DNA of 64,000 nucleotides, taken from Haliotis rufescens. Its lineage: Eukaryota. Position 1 is the stretch's first letter. Each line of letters begins with the position of its first letter. The translations under genes were made by a program, and so were the position numbers. The stretch spans positions 2,604,001 to 2,668,000 of the forward strand of contig NW_025963791.1 in the NCBI RefSeq assembly GCF_023055435.1, in the 5' to 3' direction. Of the stretch, positions 1-11,339 are shown piece by piece. The notes under the pieces were generated by a model. That model did no database searches, had not been told where the DNA came from, and saw nothing but the letters and a program-made list of their open reading frames with translations.

Positions 1-300
1 TTCTGCAGGATTCGGGGTGCGTGGGGTCTGGCGTTGACATGCTGATAAAGGACATCACGTGGCAGCTGTTGTAGAAATGGTAGGACAATCGGACCAGGTG
101 ACCAGGGGTGTTCTCTCCTGCCCACAATTCCCCCTACACTATAACATCCCCCCCCCCCCCCCCCCCCCCCCCCTCCACATACGCCACAATTCCTGAACGC
201 GGCATGCCGCCGTTCGTTCTTTTCCATCAGCTCTGAACAGACAGAACCGGCTTTTATCAGTGAAGACGACCCTATGCCAGTAACGTCTGTTGCATCAGGT
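1..300 (-). mobile_element. Degraded Tc1/mariner transposase fragment, runs off the window start
   Basis: Minus-strand translation gives VVFTDKSRFCLFRADG (first catalytic D motif) and PIVLPFLQQLPRDVLYQHVNARPH (decayed QDNARPH); interrupted by a poly-C run. Confidence 0.8.
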
Positions 301-1504
301 TAGTTACAGAAACGCGGGAGCAACCAAACGTTCTAGCAGTGTGGGCATCGATAGCTCCCATCTGTATCATAACTAACTGGACTTTTAAAGTCAGTTAACT
401 CTCTTGCTTCGGGAAGATGTGCTTATTCATGAACAACGACGACATCTCATATTATATGTAATACGGCTATTCCACATTCTACATACCACTCCTTTGATTG
501 ATGGGTGCTCATGTTCACTGGAAATATTAGGAATTGTTATATTCCGTATTTTGAATTAGCCCGGTCTCCGGTGTTTTTATAATCAGTGCACTGCACATAG
601 CCACATCTGAAACGTTTGGAACGGGTAGTGTGTCGGCGAATTTCCATAGAGCCCGTAGTATTTTTCAACCGTTTAATGGAATGCACAATTCTGGTCACTA
701 TCATATATTTTGTGCCCAAGGGCTGTTCCACTGACCTCGATAATCTGTTGCATGAAGGCACAGTTCTCTAGGGTCACTTATAGCTAACACCGAAGGCTAT
801 GAGGGGTATTTAGGTCATAATCAGCTCCCAGCAACCACTGCCTCAAGCGATATTGTTTACATAACAGATCAGTTTTATGGCCCCGTCATGGGTGCTCCAA
901 ATATTGAAACAGGGGAAACACATTTCCTAGAATCATTTCAACAAGCAATACTGATATCCAAGTAACTTTTGGTAACTCTTAATGATGTCTCCATTGCAAA
1001 TTTTACGGATTTTTATTTTTATGCATTATTTGATTTTTATCAGTGGAATGGTTCGTGAGGGATTGATCCGAATGGAAAAACAGTTTTAGTATTGTTTAGT
1101 AGAATGGATGAATTGTTATGTTACATCTTAATAGTATATCAACCATTATCATATGAACTCATTCATATGAACCAGTCATCGTTACAAGGAAACCACATTC
1201 CACAACAGTTTTTGAAACTGGACAACAACAAAAAACAATACATAGAAAAAGACCAAGTAACTCAACCCATCATGATCATAATTACTTTTCTTTGAAAGAA
1301 AGAAATGCAAAAAAGAAACTGACCAAAAAATGTAAAACAAAAGAGGGGGAATATCCGTTATTGATAAGTTCTGGTTTTGAAATGTTTTCCACTTCAAATG
1401 ACATACATCAACATGGCCTTCATTCTACAGGCACCTCCTCCATGGTTAGGACTGGTGATGTTCGCACCGTCTCACAAAAGATCAGATTTTGGAAAATTCA
1501 TATA

Positions 1505-3020
1505 CACTCTCTCAAAAAAGAAACGCAACCCCTATATTTTCAAGATCTTTATCTCAATATTCAAGTTATTATAACACATTTATTATTGAAGACAACAATA
1601 TGAAATTTGGCATGGTGGCAGTACAGTTATGCAAGTTTAAGTCCAGACTTTGACAGTTCTCTCACTAAGATTGACTTGACGCAAGGGGGAGTGTTTCTCA
1701 GTACCTCGTATGAGCGCCACGAGTTGCGATCACAGCATTGCACCTCCTAGGAACAGAACGGATTAGACGCCGGATTCTTTCCTGAGGGATTGCTCTCCAC
1801 TCCTCCTGCAGTGCAACGGCTAGTGCATCCAACGTCTGCGGAGGCGGTGTACGTGCACGTACTCGTCGGTCCAGATAATCCCAAAGATGTTCGATTGGGT
1901 TGATATCTGGTGATCGGGAGGGCCATGGTAACACGTTGACGTCAGAATTCTGGAGAAAATTCACTGTTGCATGAGCAGTGTGCGGCCGGGCGTTGTCGTG
2001 TTGATAAAGCTCCCTCTGTTGGTCGATAATCGGCAGAAGATGAGGCTGTAAAACGTCATTGATATAGCGCTGGGCTGTCAAATTGCCACAAATGATCACC
2101 AAGTCTGATCTTTGGTTGTAAGACATGGCTCCCCTCACGATGATGCTCCCTCCACCAAATCTGTGGACCTGCCGAACACATTTCGGGGCAAAACGTTAGT
2201 TTCCTCTTCTATAGACACGCTGTCTTCCGTCACGGCGTTGCAAGAGAAAACGTGATTCGTCACTAAACTAGACGCACTTCCAGTTTCTGAGGGTCCATAT
2301 CTGAACGTTGGTGCACCACCTGAGTCGTTGGCGTCGATGTTCGTGGCGTAAAACAGGTCCAATCAGTGGTCTTCTTGCACGTAGACCGGCCTCTCGTAAT
2401 TGTTTGTGCGGACACTCTTCTCAAACCTGGCACCTATGTTGCAGTGACGGTAGGTGTGGCTAGCCGATTACGTAGTTGGGTGACCCGGATGAATCGATCC
2501 TGAGGTGGTGTGGTAACCCTTGGCCTACCACTTCTGGGGCGATCTTCAGTTGCATGAAACTGGGTGTATTGGCTCAAAAGTCGGGAAATCGTTGTTTTAT
2601 GAATATTGAGGTGCCGGGCAACGTTTCCAAAGCTTTGTCCGGCCTCAATACGACCAATGGCGATATTTCGATCTGCAGCACTCAACCGTGGCATATTCGA
2701 CCTTGTCTTTCGGTGAAAATGATAGAGTGAATTGCTAATCAACACGTACTTTTATAAACCCATACTTCTACTGCTCTTTCCATGAATTGCACGTGCATGA
2801 GGCTTTTGGCATGGGCCACGAGAAAATTTTGCTCACTATGCTAAAAGTAACAATAAAATGCCCTTTTGCACGAAAATTGGTGTGTTTGGGCGCTTACGTT
2901 AATAAACAATGTACATGGTATGCGTGCATATCAGAAAAACTGTATTTACAATGAACATTTTTCTTCTTGGGTCTTTCTCACATTTTCAGACTGGGGTTGC
3001 GTTTCTTTTTTGAGAAAGTG
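1505..3020 (-). mobile_element. Full-length Tc1-family (DD34E) DNA transposon, transposase disrupted
   Basis: 28-bp TIRs CACTCTCTCAAAAAAGAAACGCAACCCC at 1505-1532 and 2993-3020 (1 mismatch), TA on both sides (1503-1504, 3021-3022). Confidence 0.95.
1698..2694 (-). pseudogene. Tc1 transposase pseudogene
   Basis: MPRLS...GRPR paired-like HTH from ATG 2694; stop at 2434 and frameshifts; FSDESR near 2250-2270; HDNARPH...SPDINPIEHLW with 34 residues between D and E; ends GAHTRY at 1698. Confidence 0.93.
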
Positions 3021-3509
3021 TATGTTCATGAAAAATATAAAAGGGACTTCAAAAATGCTTTGTATGAATTATTAGCTAGGTTAAAATAGGTCTTCAGCAA
3101 CACATGCTTGCCGTAAGAGGCCAGGGTAGTGAGGCTCGCTGATTTGGTGGATGCATGACATCATGCATATTCCAATTGTGTAGTTCATGATGTCAATCAC
3201 TGGATTGTCTGGTCCAGACTCTGTTAATTATAGTCCACCGTCAAATAGCTGCAGTAATGCTGATTGCGCGTTAAACAAGAAAACTATTTTTTTAAATAGG
3301 CCTACCCTATTCAACTGTATCAACTGTAATGCCCAGTACTCAGAATAAGTAAAAAAATAATTTCACAACAGCGTTATTATATTTGTGGTTAATATAATTA
3401 TGCTCTTTCGTGCCCATTAGTAACATCATAATTGTGCATTTGTGAGGCATCACATATGGCTCTGCTTCAATGTTTTCTTGTTTACCTTTATTACGTGAAG
3501 TTTCGGCTA

Positions 3510-3713
3510 CCCATGGCCATGCGGCATGTATTGTTTTTTTCGCCATTTTTTCCATTATCTTAAAAAAAAAAAAGGGCCGTGGACGTGTATTACTTGCAGC
3601 AAATGGCATTGTTTTTGGACGATGTGTTTTGCATTGATTTAACTATCGCTTGTGTTTTTAATTTTTTGCAATTTCATTTTTAAAGTGGTAAAGTTTCTTT
3701 TGGCCGTCAGTTT
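3510..3713 (-). mobile_element. Tc1-like terminal fragment (same family as 28166-28724)
   Basis: Ends GGTAAAGTTTCTTTTGGCCGTCAGTTTA; same TIR and subterminal sequence as the 28.2-kb element. Confidence 0.7.
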
Positions 3714-3735
3714 ACGTAGTGAATGAACTGTTCAG

Positions 3736-4075
3736 GAACTGTGACATACTGAAGAAGGAAACATCCCGCTTCGATAACAAGAAGGACATAACATTTGGTG
3801 AAATGATTGGAAATGTTCGCAATCCGACGACTAGTACTTTCACATCCAGCCATAAGGTACAGGTATGCCTAGATAAATCTTTATTGACACATAATGATCT
3901 ACCAACCGCAAGGTCCAAATAATTATTCTTATCTATCATGCTGTGATTTTACACGTTTTCTTTGAATATGGAGACATAGACCACATTAAGTATGTCCCAG
4001 CATGGTAAATATAGGATTCAATCCCAATCAATCGGTGGTTCGTAAAAAACTATAAATTTCAAATAATTCAGTTTA

Positions 4076-4165
<90 letters not shown>

Positions 4166-7100
4166 ATCATTATTTACAATATTGTCTTGCGTTGTGCTAA
4201 AGGTCGGAGTGTCTACACAGATTACAGTTGTAGACTATGATAATGGAGTAGATGATATCATCGAGGTGCTGAAGTACGAACATCGTTTTGAACGCTTTTC
4301 CATGGTAACTCCGTCCAAGTACAAGAGCGGTGCTTGGCTGAAAGGGCGAGCGTGTCGGTGAGTATAGCAATCACACTTTTTAAATATACACACTTTTTAA
4401 AATGTACATGGTACTTTAATTGTCCGAGTGAACGAAATGAGGATCGCTTTTCCTTCAACTAATTACTACCACGCCAAATTCATGCTTTTCGTCATAGTCA
4501 TGTAGGCAACACATTTGCATACATGTATCATTGATACATGTACTTTTAAAAATATAAGAATGTCTCGGCCCAAACAGTTCTTTTGTGGTTGATTCAGCAT
4601 AACTGAAATTAAATGACAAACCTCGGGGATAATTTACGTATGTCTGGAGTAATTTCTTAAAGCGAAATTCCAATCATGACTCTATACCGAGCTATGACGT
4701 CATGCAACGAGGTAACAAAGCGGTGATGTCAGAGTTTAACTGGATGTCGATTTCGTTACGCGATTTTTGTTTGGACTATGCATACACCCGTTAGGCCAGC
4801 AAAAACATATCTCAGAAATTGAAGCCAAGTTCGGCAAGGTTGACTCATGAATTTTATAGTCAGTTAACTCTCTTGCGTTGGGAAGATGATATTATCAGTG
4901 AAAACCTTGAACTCCACCCCACTACATAGTCCTTGGTACCTAAGGGACATAACTCTACACAGCAAAACGCAAATTACGCGGTATGCAATTCTTACTATTA
5001 AGGCTGAAAGAAGTTTGACCTTTAGCAAATCAGATTTCCCTTTGTGTGAGTTAGAATCTCAGATTGTTCTAAAAATATTATAGTAATAATGTACATACAT
5101 GTATATTCATAAAATGATTGTACTAAAGTCATTTGAGATACAACATTGCATAATTATTTTTTTTATAGAAAGGAGAGTAGCACTTTAGAAGAATTATTTC
5201 TGAGTTTGTACATTGTGTAGAGAATGGCGGCTTGGGATTGCGAAAGAAATATCATTAATCATTACATGACTTAATTTATAAATAGGTTCCATTGATAGAA
5301 ATAATGGTTCAAATTGAGAAATTTTACAGAAAAGATCGCTCCTTAAGTCGGAGTAAAAAGGACAAATATGAGCAATGACATTCGTCATTCGTTCATGTAT
5401 GTGATTCCAGGTGATATCTGTAAGGAAACATAGGTACACAAGCTAAAAAAGACACATTTGGTGTTATGGCATGTGCACAGATTACTTAAAACAGTTCATG
5501 CTTATGTGAACAAAATAAGTAAAACCTACATGGGTAATGAATTTATAATGTGTATTTTACAGCTATAAGCTGTTTATATATCTGGGTCTCTGCTGTCTTC
5601 CTATTTTAATACTATAGGATACATATAACTAATTTTGTGGAGTGTGATCGTGGATGGTACGGTCAACATTGCGACAAAACCTGCCAAGAATTCCAAATGA
5701 CCTCCTATCCAGGCATGTACGAGTGTAACCACAACGGATATTTAGTCGCGTGCAAAGACGGTAAGTCACAGCTATTAGACATATTATGAATATGGTCCTA
5801 CTCCTTGGGCGGTAGGCGTAGACTGGTGATTAAAACGTTTGCTCGTCACGTTGCAGTTTGATTTCCAATATGGGTACTATAATGTGTGAAGCCCATTCTT
5901 CTTTTCCAAGCCTTGATATGGCTGCTCAATGTGACGCAAAAGCAAGGTCGCTCCTTAACTCACTCACTCACTCATCTGTGTAGACTCACTCACTTACTCA
6001 TCTGTGTACATTACATATGGATGTGTTTAACTGCACCAAATATATGCCATATCTATGATACATATTCAAGGTGCATTTTGAGTTTCTTTCTTTTTCCGAT
6101 GGTTAATAATAACTCATACGTGCGGAATATATAATCAATAAAGTACTGCTTTTAATCCGTGAAACAATTTTCATGTTCCTATAATAAATTCAGTTATGTC
6201 GACATGATTGATATATTTAACAAATTAAATTACATGTGGGCTATTATCATAAATCAGTCGCTTTTTTGAAGAGAAAACAAACTGTCAGCATGAAATGACG
6301 ACGGTAGTTCGTCCTAGGACGCCGCCGATAGACGTAATTCGAGCAACATCTCCATCGACAACGACGTTACACGCCATCTTAACGACATCGGCACCACAGA
6401 GGACTACATCACTGTATACCCATGTAACGCAGTCTCAACGACCCTACACAGAAAGATCAACAAGTGACGTTAGCAAATTTTCACCATCAACTGAGGTACA
6501 TAGACATTTTAATTCCAATAATATAAATCTAAACACAAGCAGCACTGTTAGCACTGACATCGATACAAGCAATACTATCGGTACATCGCCGAATGATTCT
6601 CCATCGGTTCCAACTTATGACATCGATACAAAGAGTACTACCGGTACATCGTGGAATAATTCACCGTCGGTGCCAGCTGAGGACATCGATACCGACACTG
6701 ATGACCTTGCAGAGAAGATCAGCCATGTTTCCAACTTGACAGTCCCACCATGCATCTCTATCGGGAACCTACAACACATTCGTAAGTCATCATATGTAAT
6801 CAGACAGTGCACAAAATGACAACCTCAGAACAATAACGTACACATAGGATGCGTGAAAACACAAGATGTCATAATTAAACAACTGTATTCAAACAAATAA
6901 GTAATATAAATTATAATTTATTGCAGGAAAGTTCCTCATGCACACGTTCACGACAACACAATGTCCATACAATGAAGTGGTAAAAACGTATCGGCCACTT
7001 TGTGAAAATCCAGATAAGATATATTTATCAAACATAGACGCAGAAGTTCTAAATGTGAAATAAAAGGTCCTGCTGATTGAAAAGATCCCACAATATATAA

Positions 7101-8773
7101 TTATATATTTTAGAAATTATGTTTTACATTGGGCAAGTAACTTCCGGTACTTTCTAACCATCTTCCTAACAAATGGCCATAATACTTGACTAACAACAAA
7201 TTGTTATACGTATGACCACCATACAGGCAGAATATGCTCCCCTTTTAGCGAACATTTGGTCTCTTGACGAACACTATTTGATAAATACATGCTCATGAAA
7301 TAATCAGATAATGGAAATGATTATTTCTCTTATATTTCAAAAGATATGTTTTTTTAATATAAAATATACATAACAAAAATGTTTTCATTGACGTACACAT
7401 CGGTGTGAATCTTTTATAAGGTCTAATAACACTTTAATATGATACATGATTGTGAAGTTTTTCAAATTATCCATTGATAAACTGTGGAAAGTTGTATTTA
7501 AAACATTTTATCACCCAAAACTGGCTCCCACAGGAGATGTAGCTTGGGTGAGATCAAGCGACAGTAGATATCGCTGCAATCAAACTGCATCACAATGCTT
7601 TGCAGACCATTGTGACGTCATTGGTTACCGTGACGTCACAATCAAATGACATCACTTATGGCTCTGCTACTGAAGCTGTTAGCAGTACCTTTTACACTTA
7701 AGACACTGCTTATTACTGTCTACAAACTGAAAAAGTTGGAAGAATGATGTTGGATGATAAATAAAATCTCACCCTCATGTCTTTTGATATCAAATATATC
7801 AACACTCGATGATAAAAGTGGAAAAAATCCTCGACAGGCCTCGGAGTTTTCCCACTTTTATCAACTCGTGTTGATATATTTCATATCAAAAGACACTGAA
7901 ATTGTTTGCTACATTCAAGATTCCTAATGAAAGGATAAGAAATACATCATTTATAGAAATTATTATGGTCTTTGTATGTACAATGACGTATACATATCAA
8001 CAAATACATACATGTATAACTAAACATTTCTTGACTCTCATCCGATTGAAAATCTATTCTTCAAACTAACTTATTCTTCTGACTGTTCATTGTCATAAAT
8101 GATTCTTTGATGCAGGAAATTCCCTGCTGTTGACGTTTCGAATCGCCGATAATGTTTCCCTATCTCACAACAAGCGGAACGTAACTTTGGCTCTCGAATC
8201 ATGGAAACGACTATCAAATGTGAACAATTTCACAATAATCATTGCAAATATAAGGTATGATACTACCACTACTACTACTACTACTACTCATTTATATTAT
8301 TGAATTTTCTGTCCCTTTTGACACGAATGTGTTTGACAAGATTCAGGAAATACATGGCAAATATGCGAACCTTGCTTTCGAAATGTCTATCTTGCATCCC
8401 AAGTACCAAGTTGTCCGACTCCCCATTGTTCTCGGTGCTTGATGTTTGGTACCTCCCAATCTGTTGACAGACATTGGGAGAGTACCCATGTTTGCCACCA
8501 GTAACACAGCCCTTCTGACATTCTTGGTAATGCAGAAGGCTTAAGTGTTGGGGAGTCTTCACATTCTCCGAACAGTTATGGGTGGGTTTGACTAGGCAGT
8601 GCTTCCTGGGAGAAGTGCCATTCGCTGGTTTGGCTGCTTGTAGAGGGGGCAAGGGCCCTGAGCTGATGATGAACCTCACCAGCCTGACTGTGACATGATC
8701 ACCCAAACCATCTTTGCTTCATTTCTTATTTTATTCTGTAAATATTGGTTGGTTGGTTAATAATAATAATAAT

Positions 8774-8806
<33 letters not shown>

Positions 8807-10265
8807 TTATAATGGAGAATACCTGGGTTTGCAACCAGGAATACAACCCTTCTTCCAATCTGGGTAAGGCAGAAGGCTGCAGTGTCGGGGAATCTTCACA
8901 TTCTTCTTAAAGTTCTCGGCGGGTTCAACAAGGCAGCGCTTGATACCCCAACGTTTTTTGTTTGTGGTGATTATATTCGGAAAGTAATTCTATTACAGTG
9001 GTTCTTCCTTTAGTCTTGCTGTCACTGTCCCAAGCGAAGTAAGTGTATCTACTTTGATGGAAGCCGTGTTTGAAGAAGGAAACCTTGAAGAGTGGATTGA
9101 GAAAGCCATTGGACACAGCATCATTCCAGTAAATCGACCTCTGTGCTCACCCTCCATGATAAAACAGGTTAACCATAATCTTTTAAGCTATTGTCGTTTA
9201 AAAGAAAGGAAATTGTCTCTATAATACAATAGATTGAAACAATCTTTGGATTATTATGAAGAGGATCGGGCGTGTTTGGGAATATGACAATATGACCATT
9301 TGGTTAAGTAAGTATGACCATGTTAACGATGAATACGTTGCTTTTAGTCACATTCCAGCAACACAAAATACCAAGATTTAGCTTCACACTTTGTACCAAA
9401 ATATGTTCGAAAACGGGCCTTCGGTGTAACGAGCGAAAGCTTTGACCACTAACCTACCTCTCCATCCAACCAAATGGGGTGCCCATGTAGGGTATCGACC
9501 CGTGTCCTTGGCGTTACCAACCAGCGCTTTAGCCCCTAGGATACCGTCACCATGACAAATGTGTTCATGTTGGTATAGCAGCGAAACTCAGAGAATAACA
9601 ACATAAACCATATAAAACAACGAACAAATTGAAAAGAGAGGGCTGTTACATGTACCTTCACCAAATAAAGGGGCAAAACGTGACTCTGATACATCTTGGA
9701 AGTATTATGACAAAGAAGATCATTGCAAATGTGTGATCCTTGCGTCTTCTCGTAGGTGAAGATATCACAACGTGCTGAAGATCATTCCTCGGCTATCATC
9801 GGTATTGTGATGGGCGCCCTATTTCTTGTCGCAACAACAGCAGCTGTTGGGCTTAGCTATCAGTGGTGAGATACAGTCGGATTCACTGTCTTTGCTGAGT
9901 GACATAATATATATATAGTGGCATCCTCTGACAGGGTATATCAAACAATCCAAAGTTGACCCCTCCCTTTTCCCTTAAATGAAACCGATAGTAAGGTACA
10001 TGTAAACTAGGTGACCCCTTGGACATTGATGGACATAGGCATAGTCTTAGTAACAGTGATGTGTATATAAGTAACAATATGTGACATCAAGAGGTAATGT
10101 TCAGCTTCTATTTTACATGGTCTTAAAACGACTACCTGATGATACCTCTAACGGTTTTTAAAAAATTCTTTCAGGCATCTGATGTTTCGGAAACGTACGC
10201 GGAAGGTGTGCCCAGAAAACTCTTCTGTTGAACTTCAGATGGTTGAAGAAGAAACCAGGGATTAA
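3736..10265 (+). CDS. Delta/Notch-ligand-like type I membrane protein, paralog A (C2-DSL-Thr/Ser stalk-juxtamembrane domain-TM); 5' exons not found
   Basis: Phase-compatible GT-AG exons: 3736-3856 (or 3862; NCDILKKETSRFDNKKDITFGEMIGNVRNP), 4203-4357 (ITVVDYDNGVDDIIE, C2-like), 5618-5760 (DSL: CDRGWYGQHCDKTC...YECNHNGYLVACKD), about 6272-6781 (T/S/P-rich), 8116-8254, 8999-9167, 9756-9865 (TM: AIIGIVMGALFLVATTAAVGLSY), 10175-10265 (HLMFRKRTRK...ETRD*). Confidence 0.8.
4076..4162. repeat. (TTA)n microsatellite
   Basis: Read directly. Confidence 0.95.
7778..7895. repeat. Long imperfect inverted repeat, probable transposon terminus
   Basis: TGTCTTTTGATATCAAATATATCAACAC ... GTGTTGATATATTTCATATCAAAAGACA. 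Confidence 0.75.
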
Positions 10266-11339
10266 CACTTACGGTGGACGGGTCTCGGTTTCAAACAGGA
10301 CGCTATACGTTTAACGGTCTGGTGTATATGACATTTTGGCATCCATGACAACTGAGACATTGTCTATGTGTAACGAGAGTATCAAGAATACAACAGCCAC
10401 ACTGTCCAGACAAACAGTGGTGTTTGATTGATTCAAAATAGTTTGGGCTGTCAGTTGTCCTTAGTCTGGCTGCGTTGTATAACTTTATCCCATATTAAGT
10501 TGACAGACCATATAAAATTGAAATACTGATCGGCGTTAAGCCAAACTCACACTTATTTCTTATACGGTGCCTTTTGTGCTGATTTTAAGATTAATATGTT
10601 TTATGCGAGACACTAGTTATTTCATTTTCAGGCCCAATTACGCCCGCAAGCTGTGGGCATGTTGCTGCAATATCGCCTTTTGTAATCAAATACCTCCTTT
10701 TCTCACTCACTAACAAAGTAAAGGAAAATCACACTTGACCTCTCAACTACTAGTGGCCGAGGGAGTATTTCACTATTGCATTTTCTTCAAGTAACAACCA
10801 CGATGAAAACCATCGACAATAACACCAATATTTCAACACCTTGAAATAAATATGTTACAATATGCATCTGCCGTCCAATTGCAAATAGGCACGTACAGCG
10901 TTGTCATTTGATCTGTGCGTGTATTGTGATGAGAACAATACTGAATGTGAGTTCCTGTGAAACCTTGCATGTTTCCCTTGCATGACTTATGTTAGTGCTT
11001 TTTTAACCTATTCAGCACTACCTCTTTATCGCTTTTATCCTATGAACGTTAGTATGAGTGCGACAATCTCACAAAGAGGCTTGAAATATTGTCACCAAAT
11101 ATAACCAGATCGAAGGCGCCCTTCACAATGACGGCCGGTAATATAGTGCTGGTTCTACTGCCACAAGTACGTACAAAGATATTCTTATTTAACTTAGTTC
11201 AGTGGAAATATGTACCTTTTTTATTACTTAAGGAATAATTAATGTCATGACACGTTTAACTATTTTAACTGGATGATGGTTGAAGTCACATATGTTTCTC
11301 GTGTATCAAACATTGGCATGCAGCCATTGCAATTTTCAG

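Noticed and set aside
772-961. Open frame as the missing first C2 exon of paralog A
   Set aside because: Lacks the NGxCC..C..C motif seen in paralog B exon 11340-11503.
8284-8706. 140-aa minus-strand ORF
   Set aside because: Non-ATG start, intronic, partly duplicated at about 8870-8940; no recognisable domain.
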